The notes under the pieces: generated by a model
Database searches by the model: none
What the model was told of the DNA's origin: nothing
What the model saw: only the letters and a program-made list of their open reading frames with translations
Program-made: the position numbers and the translations under genes
From: an uncultured Clostridia bacterium
Lineage (GTDB): Bacteria; Bacillota; Clostridia; TANB77; CAG-508
Reading direction: 5' to 3'
NCBI GenBank assembly: GCA_947167965.1
Contig: CAMVJW010000005.1
Location: 56,635 to 120,634 of the forward strand
DNA length: 64,000 nucleotides
Shown here: in pieces, positions 38,862 through 49,600 of the stretch
Numbering within the stretch: position 1 is the stretch's first letter
Layout: each line of letters starts with the position of its first letter

Positions 38862-40637
38862 ATGGTCGAAAAAAGAGTTAGGATAATTATTTTTATATTA
38901 TTAATTGTAATGTTAATAGTTGGAATAGTTGGGTGTGTTTTATATTTTGCAACTGATTTATTAAAATCAGAATCAGTTTTATTTAAAAAATACTTAATGC
39001 AAGATGTAAAAAATGTTTATGATGTAATAGATGTTTCAGTTGAAAAAAATATTATCGATCAGTTTGGGGAACAAGACTATCAAGTAGATGCTAATACACA
39101 AATTAAATACTTAGAAAAGCAAAATGATCAAGAAGAATTATATGTGCTAAAAAATCAAGGTATAACAAATAATTCAAAAAAAGAGGCTTTTAGAAGTATT
39201 GATTTAAGTTATGGTAAAGATAATATAATTTCACTAGAATTATTAAATAAGGATGAAATATATGGATTAAGAGTTGCAAGTTTAGTTGAACAATTTGTTA
39301 GTATAAAGAATTCCAGCATATCATTTTTAGTGTCAAGCTTAGGATATGATGGGCAGTATTTTTCTGAAAAGATGAATTCAGATCAAGTTACAGTTTCAAA
39401 AATTATGGAGTTTTCAGATAAAGAAATACAAACTTTAGCATCTAGATATAGTGATTTAATATTTTATGATATAGACAAAAGTCTATATAGTTCTAAACAT
39501 AATGCAATGATAACATTAGGAAGTGGAGAAAGCATAACAGTTAATAATTATAATTTAACTTTAACTAAAAATGATATTGATAAAATATATAAAAGAGTAT
39601 TAAACCAAGCAATTAATGATGAAATAATACTTGGCAAAATAGAACAATTAGATGATAAGATTAAAGAATTAGGATTTAATGAACCTGAAGGACAAAGTTT
39701 AAAAGAAAAATATATAGCTAAATTAAAAGAAAAACATGATTCAATAGAATATCAAGGAACAGACAATAGAAAATATGTATTTTCTATTTATACAAACAAG
39801 GGAAAAACGGTTAGAGTATCACTAAAAAATGATCAAATAGAGTATATCATAGATACATTTGAGCAAGATGGTAAAAAAGTTTTACTAAAAATCAATAAAA
39901 TGACACCCGAAGGTACAGATACAGAGCAATATTTGCTTGGTAAAAAGATTTCAAAAGAAGAAGCTAATATGGTTAGAACTTTCTCATATACTGATTCAAA
40001 TCAGAAATTTGAGGCAATTGTTGATATGAAAGAAAGTAACGAAGAAATGAATTTCAGAATAAATACCTTGTATAGTGGAGAAAATGTTTCTAAAATTGAA
40101 ACAGATTCAAGTATAAAATATACATATGGAAATAAAAATATTCAGCCTTTTTTCAATAATAAAAACAATATAGTGTTAAATGATTATGATGGAGAAAAAA
40201 TAAAGAAAATTCTAGATAATTTAAAAAATCGTGTAATTAATGATTTAGAAAAAAAAGAATCAAAGATTAATACAAAATTATTAAATAATATATTGATTTG
40301 GATAGATAATAGAGAAAAAGAAATCATCGAAAAAGAAAAAAACAATGAAGAATTAAAAAAAGAAAGATTTAATAATAAGTTTAAGCTATACCAAGGAACA
40401 GATTTAGATTATACTCATGTTAACAAATTATTAGAAGTAGTAAGTAGAAATATGTCAGATTTTAAAGTAATAAGTGGAAAGCAAATTAGAATTTATATAC
40501 AAGAAGGAAGAGAAAATCAAGAAAAAGTTAATCAAATTTCTAAAGCTATAAATGATAAACATAGGTATAATGTAACTATGAAGGTATCAAATTCAGGTTA
40601 TATTGAAGCGATAGATATTGAAATAGCTGAAAGATAA
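38862..40637 (+). CDS. Hypothetical membrane-anchored protein (591 aa)
   Basis: A long ORF with RBS ggagga and an N-terminal TM helix. I see no recognisable catalytic motifs. Confidence 0.6.
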   Translation: MVEKRVRIIIFILLIVMLIVGIVGCVLYFATDLLKSESVLFKKYLMQDVKNVYDVIDVSVEKNIIDQFGEQDYQVDANTQIKYLEKQNDQEELYVLKNQGITNNSKKEAFRSIDLSYGKDNIISLELLNKDEIYGLRVASLVEQFVSIKNSSISFLVSSLGYDGQYFSEKMNSDQVTVSKIMEFSDKEIQTLASRYSDLIFYDIDKSLYSSKHNAMITLGSGESITVNNYNLTLTKNDIDKIYKRVLNQAINDEIILGKIEQLDDKIKELGFNEPEGQSLKEKYIAKLKEKHDSIEYQGTDNRKYVFSIYTNKGKTVRVSLKNDQIEYIIDTFEQDGKKVLLKINKMTPEGTDTEQYLLGKKISKEEANMVRTFSYTDSNQKFEAIVDMKESNEEMNFRINTLYSGENVSKIETDSSIKYTYGNKNIQPFFNNKNNIVLNDYDGEKIKKILDNLKNRVINDLEKKESKINTKLLNNILIWIDNREKEIIEKEKNNEELKKERFNNKFKLYQGTDLDYTHVNKLLEVVSRNMSDFKVISGKQIRIYIQEGRENQEKVNQISKAINDKHRYNVTMKVSNSGYIEAIDIEIAER

Positions 40638-40665
40638 TAATTCTATAATAAGAGAGAATGAAACA

Positions 40666-42117
40666 GTGAAAATAATAAGTAAAAAAAATATTAGATTAGA
40701 GCATTTATTATATTTATACATTATACTATGCCCAATATTAGATATAGCAAGTTTTTTGTTTAGACAAAATTATAATATATCATATTCTCCAGCAACAATA
40801 ATTAGACCAATTATTCCAGTTGTTTTATTTACTATTCTATTTTTTAAAGAGAAGAATAAAAAAAATAAAATTATTTGTTTTGGAATTTATGCTGTATATT
40901 CAATAGTACACTTATATCTATTTCAATTATTACATAATGAGAGTTCATATGGTAATTATAAAAATGAATTACAGTATATTATAAATTATTCTTTTTTAAT
41001 AATAAACTTATATTTATTTCATCAAATTGGTTTTAAAAAAAGTAAATTAGAAAAAGCAGTAAGTATTAGTTTGGCAATATATGTATTTAGCTTGTTTTTT
41101 TCAATAATAACTAGGACATCATCATCAACATATATTGAAGGAATTGGGTTTAAGGGCTATTTTGAATCTGGAAATAGTTTATGCATGGTACTAATATTAG
41201 AAGTAATTATATTATTGGCAAATATTAATATAAAAAAATGGAAACAGATTCTACTAATAATATTTGCTGGACTATATTTAGTTATTTTTTCAGAAATGAG
41301 AACAGGGCTATATGGTTTTGGATTAACTATTGGAATGTTTTGTTTAGGAAAATTTTATGTAGGAATCAGAGAAAAAATAAAATTAAATAAAAAGCAAATG
41401 GTTGCAATTGCAATTGGCACCTTGATTTTTATATTTTTAATTATTATATTTGGAAGTAAAACTCTAGAGAGAAGAAAACTTTTAAAACAAAATGAGATGA
41501 ATAATATAGATATAGAAACAAATACTCAAAGATATGTAACTGGTGATATATTAGAAATATACAAAAAAATAAAAAATGGAGAAATAAGTGATAATTACAT
41601 GTCTGAAGCTGAAAGAAATGCAATTGTTAAGTTATGTGAATTTTCAGAAAAACACAAATTATCTAATGTAAACTTAAGAACTCAGCAGTTAATATATAAT
41701 ATATATCTAGTAGCAGAACAAAAAAATATATTTACATTTCTATTTGGAAATGGTTATAAAAACCAAACTGGGGAATTAGTAATGGAAATGGAAATACCTT
41801 CATTAATTTGTAATTTTGGATTGATAGGATTTGTTCTATATTTTGGACCAATTTTGTTGATTTTAATAAATGGAATAAGATATTTGATAATTCAAAGAAA
41901 AGTTATTAGTTTTGATTCAATTATGTATATTTTTGGATCTTTAATTGCTGTAATTTTATCATCAATTTCTGGATATGTATATTTTAATTTTTCAAGTATG
42001 ACAATGGCAATTATTTTATTAGTGTTGTTAAAAGTGGAGGAAAAGAACTATAATGAAAAAAATTGTATTTGGAATAACAAGTTTAACAATTGGTGGAGCA
42101 GAAAGAGTATTAGTTGA
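40666..42117 (+). CDS. O-antigen ligase/polymerase-like (Wzy_C) polytopic membrane protein
   Basis: GTG start, with about 10-12 hydrophobic helices and a large loop. It sits beside GT4/GT2 genes. The assignment rests on architecture only. Confidence 0.55.
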   Translation: MKIISKKNIRLEHLLYLYIILCPILDIASFLFRQNYNISYSPATIIRPIIPVVLFTILFFKEKNKKNKIICFGIYAVYSIVHLYLFQLLHNESSYGNYKNELQYIINYSFLIINLYLFHQIGFKKSKLEKAVSISLAIYVFSLFFSIITRTSSSTYIEGIGFKGYFESGNSLCMVLILEVIILLANINIKKWKQILLIIFAGLYLVIFSEMRTGLYGFGLTIGMFCLGKFYVGIREKIKLNKKQMVAIAIGTLIFIFLIIIFGSKTLERRKLLKQNEMNNIDIETNTQRYVTGDILEIYKKIKNGEISDNYMSEAERNAIVKLCEFSEKHKLSNVNLRTQQLIYNIYLVAEQKNIFTFLFGNGYKNQTGELVMEMEIPSLICNFGLIGFVLYFGPILLILINGIRYLIIQRKVISFDSIMYIFGSLIAVILSSISGYVYFNFSSMTMAIILLVLLKVEEKNYNEKNCIWNNKFNNWWSRKSIS

Positions 42118-43159
42118 TATTGTAAATAAATTAAAAGATGAATTTGATATTACAATTTTTACATTATATGGAAATGGTACATTTGAAAGTGAGCTTGATA
42201 AAAAAATAAAGCTCATAAAATTATATGATTTTTCTTATAATGAGATGAGTAAATTTAATAAAAAAGTTATCCCCATAAAAGTGCTAACTTGTGGAAAAAA
42301 GATTTATAAAAAATATATTGAGGGGAAATTTGATATACAAGTATCATTTTTAGAAGGTCCTATTACTAGAATTTTTAAATATGGAAAAAATACAAAAAAA
42401 ATTGTGTGGATACATAATGATATATCAAAAGTATTTGGAAAAGGATTAAAATCTAAAATCAAACTGAGTGTAGATAAAAAGACATACAAGAAATATGATA
42501 AATTGGTATTTGTAAGTAAAGACAATAAAGATGTATTTAATAATTTATTTAGAATAAAAGAATTAGAAAATAGGGAAGAGATTATTTATAATTATATTGA
42601 CAAAGATAAGATTTTAGAAAAAGCTAAAATGGAAATAGGGCAGGAATATATAGATAATAAATTACCTTCAATAATTACTATTGCAAGATTGGTACCACAA
42701 AAAGCCATAGATAGATTAATTAATGTCCATAAAAGACTTATAGATGAAAAATTATATCACAATATTTATGTAATAGGGGATGGACCTGAAAAAGAAAATT
42801 TAAGGAAACAAATCAAGAATCTTAAAGTTGAAGATACATTTAAACTAATGGGAAAAAGAGAAAATCCTTATCCATATTTAAAACAAGCAGATTATTTTGC
42901 TTTATTATCTGAGTTTGAAGGCTATGGAATGGTAATAGATGAGGCTAAAGTATTAAATAAAAAGATAATTATAACAAAAACTGCAGCAGTAGAGGCAGTA
43001 AAAGGATATGCCAAAAAACTTATTTTAGAAAACACAGAAGATGCTATATATGAAGGACTAAAACAAGTTTTACAAAAAAATGTTATATTTGATGATAGTG
43101 ATACAGAATTTGAAAATGAAGAATTATTAAATAAAATAAGAGTCTTATTTGGAGATTAA
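42053..43159 (+). CDS. Glycosyltransferase family 4 (GT-B fold)
   Basis: Has 'KIVFGITSLTIGGAERV' and 'LLSEFEGYGMVIDEA' (E-x7-E motif). Confidence 0.8.
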   Translation: MKKIVFGITSLTIGGAERVLVDIVNKLKDEFDITIFTLYGNGTFESELDKKIKLIKLYDFSYNEMSKFNKKVIPIKVLTCGKKIYKKYIEGKFDIQVSFLEGPITRIFKYGKNTKKIVWIHNDISKVFGKGLKSKIKLSVDKKTYKKYDKLVFVSKDNKDVFNNLFRIKELENREEIIYNYIDKDKILEKAKMEIGQEYIDNKLPSIITIARLVPQKAIDRLINVHKRLIDEKLYHNIYVIGDGPEKENLRKQIKNLKVEDTFKLMGKRENPYPYLKQADYFALLSEFEGYGMVIDEAKVLNKKIIITKTAAVEAVKGYAKKLILENTEDAIYEGLKQVLQKNVIFDDSDTEFENEELLNKIRVLFGD

Positions 43160-43161
43160 AA

Positions 43162-44058
43162 ATGAAATTAAGTATATTAACTGCTACATTTAATAGATCA
43201 AGTTATTTAAAAAAATTATATGAAAGTATAAAAGAGAATTTAAAATATAATATAATTCCAGAATGGATTATTGTAGATGATGGATCTACTGATGATACAA
43301 AGAAAATAGTAGATGGCTTTATTAACGAAAATATAATAGAAATAAAGTATAAGTATCAAGAAAATAGCGGAAAAATGGCTGCTATTAATGAAGCTGTTAA
43401 GATTGCAACTGGAGATTTAATTGTAGATTGTGATTCAGATGACTATTTTACAAAAAATGGTTTTGAGATAATAGAAAAAAATGCAAGTAAAATACTTGAA
43501 AAGAATTTGTATTATGGAATGGTATTTTTAAAAAAAGAAGAAGATGGAACTTTTTCGGGTAAAGAATTTCCTAAATATGAATATGAAACTACAATGTTTG
43601 ACTTATATTTTAAAGAAGATATAGGTGGAGAGAAAATAATTGTATATAATAGCAATATAAGAAAAAAATTTCATCATGAATTAGAACATAATGAAAAGTT
43701 TATTACAGAAGCAAGAATGTATCATAAGATGGATGATAAATATAAGCTTTTAGCTATTAATGAAGCGGTTGAACAAGGAAGCTATATTGCTGATGGCTAT
43801 ACAAAAAACATACAAAAAACTTATTTGAAAAATCCTTATGGATATTATATGTACTTTAAAGAAATTTTAGAAAAAAATATGAAAGGCGTTTTATTTTCTA
43901 AAAGGCTTTATGCTATTAAACATTATATATTATTTGGATATTTAACAAATAATAAGTACAATTCTAAAATAATTAAAGACAAATTAAATAAATTGTTTTA
44001 TGGATTATTATATCTACCTGGAATTTATAAAAGCAAAAAATATAAAAATTCTAAGTAA
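43162..44058 (+). CDS. Glycosyltransferase family 2
   Basis: Has 'LSILTATFNRSSYL', 'VDDGSTDDT' and 'DCDSDD' (DxD). Confidence 0.82.
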   Translation: MKLSILTATFNRSSYLKKLYESIKENLKYNIIPEWIIVDDGSTDDTKKIVDGFINENIIEIKYKYQENSGKMAAINEAVKIATGDLIVDCDSDDYFTKNGFEIIEKNASKILEKNLYYGMVFLKKEEDGTFSGKEFPKYEYETTMFDLYFKEDIGGEKIIVYNSNIRKKFHHELEHNEKFITEARMYHKMDDKYKLLAINEAVEQGSYIADGYTKNIQKTYLKNPYGYYMYFKEILEKNMKGVLFSKRLYAIKHYILFGYLTNNKYNSKIIKDKLNKLFYGLLYLPGIYKSKKYKNSK

Positions 44059-44071
44059 AAAGGGGATAAAG

Positions 44072-44317
44072 ATGACAGAGATTTTAACTTTTGTTGGTGC
44101 AATGATTGTTTTATATATAATATTAAAAATAATATCTATACCAGTAAAAATAATAGTTAAATTATTAGTAAATGCATTTTTAGGTGGTGTTATTTTGTTT
44201 TTAATTAATCTTACAGGAATTATTGCATTAGATATAAACTGGCTTACATCACTTATTGTTGGATTCTTAGGAATACCAGGAGTAATAATTGTTATTATAC
44301 TTCATTTTTTATTTTAA
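44072..44317 (+). CDS. bofA: Pro-sigmaK processing inhibitor BofA-family small membrane protein
   Basis: 81 aa starting at ATG 44072 (RBS aaagggga). 'LLVNAFLGGVILFLINL..LGIPGVIIVIIL' matches the BofA pattern. Confidence 0.65.
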   Translation: MTEILTFVGAMIVLYIILKIISIPVKIIVKLLVNAFLGGVILFLINLTGIIALDINWLTSLIVGFLGIPGVIIVIILHFLF

Positions 44318-44336
44318 TTTAATTAACAAAAAAAGT

Positions 44337-44363
44337 AAGCGAAACTTTTAAAAAGTTTCGCTT
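44337..44363. terminator. Bidirectional terminator between bofA and rpsT
   Basis: aagcgaaacttt-(taa)-aaagtttcgctt. The effective stem is aagcgaaact/agtttcgctt, flanked by A and T runs. Confidence 0.7.
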
Positions 44364-44398
44364 TTAAAAAACTATGCATAATTTTTTAAATAATTGCT

Positions 44399-44665
44399 TT
44401 AAGCATTAGCTGCATTTAATTTTTTTGCTAAATTTGATTTTTTTCTAGCAGCTGTATTTTTAACTATAACACCTTTTGTGCAAGCTTGATCTATTTTTTT
44501 AGTAGCTTGAACAAATAGAGTTTTAGCTTCTTCTAATTTACCAGCTTCAATAGCTTCTTCGAATTTTCTGATAGCTGATTTATATCCAGATTTAATCATA
44601 TTATTTCTTAAAGTTTTTTTCTCAATTATTTTAACTCTTTTTTTAGCTGATTTTATGTTTGGCAT
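44399..44665 (-). CDS. rpsT: 30S ribosomal protein S20
   Basis: Reads '[21 protein letters not shown]..', starting at 44665 with RBS aaggaggtg. Confidence 0.92.
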   Translation of the reverse strand: MPNIKSAKKRVKIIEKKTLRNNMIKSGYKSAIRKFEEAIEAGKLEEAKTLFVQATKKIDQACTKGVIVKNTAARKKSNLAKKLNAANA

Positions 44666-44764
44666 TTTTGCACCTCCTTTAGTACTCACAATTAAATAAC
44701 ATATAACATTCTACCACAAAAAAGTTTATTTGACAAGAGGAAAAATAGATATTTTTTGCTGTTT

Positions 44765-45326
<562 letters not shown>

Positions 45327-45361
45327 TTATTATGTCCTTCTTTATTTTATAAATTATATAT

Positions 45362-46726
45362 CTAGTTTAACTTTTCTTCAATCAATTTTGCAATTTCGTT
45401 TGCTTTTTTAGAAATATAATCTTGATCTTCGCCTTCTATCATAACTCTAACTAAAGGTTCAGTTCCAGAAGGTCTAATTAAAACTCTACCATTTCCAGCA
45501 AATTCTTTTTCTAATTTTTCTATTGCGTTTTTTATTTCTTTATCTTTTTCGTAATCATATTTTTTATTTGAATCAACTTTTGCATTAATAAGTGTTTGAG
45601 GATATTTTTTAACTAAATCGCCTAATTCAGAAGCCTTTTTATTCTCCTCAAGTAAAGTTTTTATTAACATTAAAGATGTAAGTATACCATCTCCAGTTGG
45701 ATTGTAATCTAATAAAATTACATGCCCAGATTGTTCTCCACCTAGGTTGAATCCATTTTTTAACATTTCTTCTAAAACATATCTGTCTCCAACTTTTGTT
45801 TGTAATAGCTCTAAGCCATTATCTCTAGCATATTTATTTAAGCCAAGATTACTCATTACTGTAGCAACAATAGTATCTTTATTAAGTTTTTGATGTTTTT
45901 TTAAATTATTAGAAATAATAGCAAGTATTTTATCCCCATCAAGTTCTTCTCCATTTTCATCTATAGCTAAACATCTGTCTCCATCACCATCATATGCAAT
46001 TCCTAAACTTAGTTTATTATCAATAACATATTTTTTTATAGCTTCTAAATGAGTTGAACCACAATTATCATTAATATTAATACCATTTGGTTCATTATTA
46101 ATTATTCTGTAATTAATTCCTAATGATTTAAATACTTTTTCGGCAACTTTATAAGTAGCACCGTTTGCAGTATCTATACCAACAACAAAGTCATCTCTAT
46201 TATATTCTTCTATAATGTCATCAAAGATTTTTCTGAAAAAGTAAACATATTCATCTTCTAGTTCTAAAGCATACTCAGAAACACCAATTTTATTATTTAC
46301 TGCAGTAAGTTTATATAACTCATCAGAATCCATTATTTGTTCAATTTCTTCTTCTAAGCTATCTGGAATTTTTGTACCTTTATTACTAAAAAATTTAATT
46401 CCATTAAACTCATAAGTATTATGAGATGCAGAAATAACAACACTTGCATCAGCTTTAAATTTTCGAGTTAAATATGCTACAGCAGGGGTAGGCATTACTC
46501 CTAATAGTTTAACATTAGCACCATAGCTTAAAAAACCAGCAACCATTGCACTTTCTATTAAAGTGCCTGATATACGAGTATCTCTTCCAATTAAAATTAA
46601 TGGGGCATGACTTGAGTGTTTTGATAAAACATAAGCCCCTGCTTTTGCAACTTTATAAACTAATTCTGGAGTAAGCTCTGTATTTGCTATTCTTCTAATT
46701 CCATCTGTTCCAAAATATTTTCTCAT
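45362..46726 (-). CDS. glmM: Phosphoglucosamine mutase
   Basis: Has 'YFGTDGIRR', 'ISASHNTYEFNGIK' (phosphoserine loop), 'AYDGDGDRC', 'GGEQSGHVIL' and 'RPSGTEPLVRVM'. Confidence 0.93.
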   Translation of the reverse strand: MRKYFGTDGIRRIANTELTPELVYKVAKAGAYVLSKHSSHAPLILIGRDTRISGTLIESAMVAGFLSYGANVKLLGVMPTPAVAYLTRKFKADASVVISASHNTYEFNGIKFFSNKGTKIPDSLEEEIEQIMDSDELYKLTAVNNKIGVSEYALELEDEYVYFFRKIFDDIIEEYNRDDFVVGIDTANGATYKVAEKVFKSLGINYRIINNEPNGININDNCGSTHLEAIKKYVIDNKLSLGIAYDGDGDRCLAIDENGEELDGDKILAIISNNLKKHQKLNKDTIVATVMSNLGLNKYARDNGLELLQTKVGDRYVLEEMLKNGFNLGGEQSGHVILLDYNPTGDGILTSLMLIKTLLEENKKASELGDLVKKYPQTLINAKVDSNKKYDYEKDKEIKNAIEKLEKEFAGNGRVLIRPSGTEPLVRVMIEGEDQDYISKKANEIAKLIEEKLN

Positions 46727-46850
46727 TTTTTCACCTTTCTATATTTTTTATTCTATATAAATATGCATTTTCAAAAAATTATTTACATTGTAATTACCGA
46801 ATTATATTAGCATAATCCTTAATTATAGTCAAGAATCTTTAAATTGTTTG

Positions 46851-46890
46851 AATTATTAAAAATTATTAAAAATTATTAAATATTATTAAA
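46851..46890. repeat. 10-bp tandem repeat x4 (aattattaaa x3 + tattattaaa)
   Basis: Read directly. It lies in the divergent glmM/rpiA intergenic region and has helical-turn periodicity. Confidence 0.9.
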
Positions 46891-47049
46891 TATATAAGTT
46901 AAATATTTTATAAATGAATTTTTAAAAAAATCTATTTTTGGTTGAATTGTAATTTAAAGTGTGATATATTGAAACAAATGGAAAATGGATTTTTCTAAAA
47001 GATTAGAAAGGAGAAAATAGTATTATTAAAAATACTATATAATATTACT

Positions 47050-47745
47050 ATGAATTGGGAAAAAGATATTTTACAAAAAATAGAATGGAAAGAAGAAATT
47101 TCAAATAGAGAAGAAAAAGAAAAAATTGCTAAAATAATAGCATCAAAAGTAAAAGATGGAGATGTAATAGGATTTGGATCTGGTTCAACATCATATTTAG
47201 CAACTATAGAAATTGGAAAAAGAATAAATAATGAAAAACTAAATATTATTGCTTTACCAACATCTTACGAGATACAAATGTTATGTGCATACTTAGGAAT
47301 TCCAACATCTAGTATATTGGAAAAAAAGCCAGACTGGTGCTTTGACGGAGCTGATGAAGTAAATAAAGATAATTGGCTAATAAAAGGAAGAGGAGCAGCA
47401 ATGTATAATGAAAAATTAAATATTGCTTCTGCTAAAAAAACATATATATTAGTTGACAAAAGTAAAATAGTAGATGAGCTTGGAGAAAAGTTTGCTATTC
47501 CAATAGAAATAACTCCAAAATCTTTAAATTATGTTAAGGAAGAACTAATAAAAATAGGTGCAAAAGAGATAAATTTAAGATTAGCTTTAAAAAAGGACGG
47601 GCCTGTTATTACAGAAAATGGAAACTTAATTTTAGACACGAGATTTAATGAAATAACTAAAGATTTAGAAAAAAGAATAAAAACTATTACAGGAGTAATA
47701 GAAAGCGGATTATTTATAGATTATAATATAGAAGTATTAAATTAA
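47050..47745 (+). CDS. rpiA: Ribose-5-phosphate isomerase A
   Basis: Has 'VIGFGSGSTS', 'CFDGADEV' and 'IKGRGAAMYNEK'. Confidence 0.88.
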   Translation: MNWEKDILQKIEWKEEISNREEKEKIAKIIASKVKDGDVIGFGSGSTSYLATIEIGKRINNEKLNIIALPTSYEIQMLCAYLGIPTSSILEKKPDWCFDGADEVNKDNWLIKGRGAAMYNEKLNIASAKKTYILVDKSKIVDELGEKFAIPIEITPKSLNYVKEELIKIGAKEINLRLALKKDGPVITENGNLILDTRFNEITKDLEKRIKTITGVIESGLFIDYNIEVLN

Positions 47746-47763
47746 AATAATGGAGGTTTACTT

Positions 47764-49002
47764 ATGTGGGGAAATATAGCAATAGCATTTTTACTTGCAT
47801 TTATAGTTACATATATGGCAACCCCATATTCTATAAAAATAGCAGAAAAAATAGGTGCAATTGATATACCTAAAGATGAAAGAAGAATGCGAAAAAAATC
47901 AATGCCTAAATTAGGCGGAGTAGCCGTTATAACTGGATTTATAATTTCTTTGATTTATTTAGTTATGATTACTTACATTGAAGGTAGTATAAATCTGTTT
48001 GATGAAAATGAGTACTTAAAAAAGCTTATAGGAATGGGACTTGGAATTATGGTAATTGCAATTACTGGAATTTTAGATGATACAAAAACATTAAATCCTT
48101 TACAACAATTTATTGGTCAGTTAATTGCTGCATGTATTGCGGTTGCATTTGGTATTAAAATTGGAAACATTAATATCCCATTTATTGCAGAAATGGGATT
48201 GTCTGAAACTGTATCAATTATAATTACAATTATATGGATTGTTGGAATTACAAATGCAATAAACTTTTTAGATGGATTAGATGGTCTATCATCTGGAATT
48301 GCAATTACATCTTGTGTTTCTCTTCTTATTATATTTGCAATAAATGACTCTCCTATGATAGCAATATTAGTTATAACATCACTAATAGGAGCTTTATTTG
48401 GATTTTTACCATTTAACTTTGCTCCAGCAAAAACATTTATAGGAGACACAGGCTCAAACTTTTTAGGGTACTTATTATCCATAATATCAATACTTGGAGT
48501 AGCAAAAACATACACTATAGCTGTAATTGTATTGCCTATGCTAGCATTAGGATTACCAATAGTTGATGTTACATGGGCGATTATTAGAAGATTAGTAAAA
48601 GGAAAATCATTAAAAGCAATATTTATGGCTGATAAAGGACATTTGCATCATAGGCTTGTAAGAAAAGGGTTTTCTCAAAAACAAACAGTATTAATAATGT
48701 ATATAATAAGTGCCTCATTAGGAGTTTTTGCGATAATAATATTAGAAAGTGGTATATGGAAAGCAGTATCTTTTCTTCTAATGGTAATTGCAGCTTTAGC
48801 CTTAGGATATAGAACATTTATTACGCAAAAAGAAGAAAAAGGCGAAAAATATGAATGTGGAGTATGTAAATACATATATAATCCAAAAACTGGAAATGAA
48901 AAAGCAGGTATATCACCTGGAACAAACTTTGAAGATTTGCCAGATACTTGGGTTTGCCCAGTATGTGGAGAAAGCAAAGATGTTTTTGAAATACATAAAT
49001 AA
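47764..49002 (+). CDS. MraY/WecA-family (GT4 polyprenyl-phosphate GlcNAc-1-P transferase, TagO-like) protein fused to a C-terminal rubredoxin domain
   Basis: Polytopic, with 'PKLGGVAV', '[17 protein letters not shown]' and '[12 protein letters not shown]'. The C-terminal 52 aa, '[35 protein letters not shown]', form a complete rubredoxin (CxxC..CPxC) in the same frame with no internal start. Confidence 0.8.
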   Translation: MWGNIAIAFLLAFIVTYMATPYSIKIAEKIGAIDIPKDERRMRKKSMPKLGGVAVITGFIISLIYLVMITYIEGSINLFDENEYLKKLIGMGLGIMVIAITGILDDTKTLNPLQQFIGQLIAACIAVAFGIKIGNINIPFIAEMGLSETVSIIITIIWIVGITNAINFLDGLDGLSSGIAITSCVSLLIIFAINDSPMIAILVITSLIGALFGFLPFNFAPAKTFIGDTGSNFLGYLLSIISILGVAKTYTIAVIVLPMLALGLPIVDVTWAIIRRLVKGKSLKAIFMADKGHLHHRLVRKGFSQKQTVLIMYIISASLGVFAIIILESGIWKAVSFLLMVIAALALGYRTFITQKEEKGEKYECGVCKYIYNPKTGNEKAGISPGTNFEDLPDTWVCPVCGESKDVFEIHK

Positions 49003-49071
49003 AAAAATACAAGAATTTGGTATACAAATAATAAAAAAACAAATACTAATTGCAATAGGAGGAATTATTAT

Positions 49072-49206
49072 ATGATGAATTTTGCAAAAGGTATTATGAT
49101 AGGATCAATTGTTTCAGCTGGTGTAGTGCTAATGTATACTGATTCAATAAAAAAGAATAAAATGATAAAAAAAGGTAAAAAAATTTTAAAAAACATGGGG
49201 ATGTAA
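49072..49206 (+). CDS. Unannotated 44-aa small membrane protein
   Basis: The ATG is preceded by taggagga at 8-nt spacing. It reads MMNFAKGIMIGSIVSAGVVLMYTDSIKKNKMIKKGKKILKNMGM, one TM helix plus a basic tail. A terminator hairpin follows at 49235-49260. Confidence 0.5.
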   Translation: MMNFAKGIMIGSIVSAGVVLMYTDSIKKNKMIKKGKKILKNMGM

Positions 49207-49234
49207 ATTTATTAAATAAAATTATCAAAATCAA

Positions 49235-49260
49235 AAATATCAAGATTTATCTTGATATTT
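49235..49260 (+). terminator. Intrinsic terminator
   Basis: aaatatcaag-(atttat)-cttgatattt followed by ttattt. Confidence 0.6.
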
Positions 49261-49319
49261 TTATTTCTTTAGAATATAATAATTACAATATATTATATTC
49301 TACAAAAGAGGGGAAGCAT

Positions 49320-49589
49320 ATGAATAATGATATCATAGATTTTATGAATGTAAATGTTAAATCAGAAAATATAGAATTAAGTAATTTAATTTCAGATATA
49401 ATTCCTGTAAAAGAGATGAGATTTACAAATCTTGAAATAGAAGCTAATAAATCCCAAGAGTTTAGATTGGTAGTATATAAAAAAGAAAATATATTTTCAA
49501 GATTTATAAGTTTTATTAGTATTGGTTTAGAAAAACTTAAAATAATGAAAAATTCAAGAACAAAAAATATAGGAAAAGTTCTACAATAA
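49320..49589 (+). CDS. Hypothetical protein (89 aa)
   Basis: ORF with RBS agagggga upstream. It lies immediately upstream of ruvA. No recognisable motifs. Confidence 0.45.
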   Translation: MNNDIIDFMNVNVKSENIELSNLISDIIPVKEMRFTNLEIEANKSQEFRLVVYKKENIFSRFISFISIGLEKLKIMKNSRTKNIGKVLQ

Positions 49590-49600
49590 ATGGAGGAATT

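Noticed and set aside
46851-46890. Possible CRISPR array or other spaced-repeat arrays
   Set aside because: The repeats are 10 bp, contiguous and spacer-less. No CRISPR-like repeat-spacer structure or cas gene was seen anywhere in the window.
48117-49075. Several overlapping ORFs on both strands across the TagO-rubredoxin 3' region (48117..48515, 48623..48817, 48675..49055, 48821..49042, 48851..49075)
   Set aside because: All overlap the strongly supported 47764..49002 gene and lack motifs or RBS. The real small gene nearby is 49072..49206.
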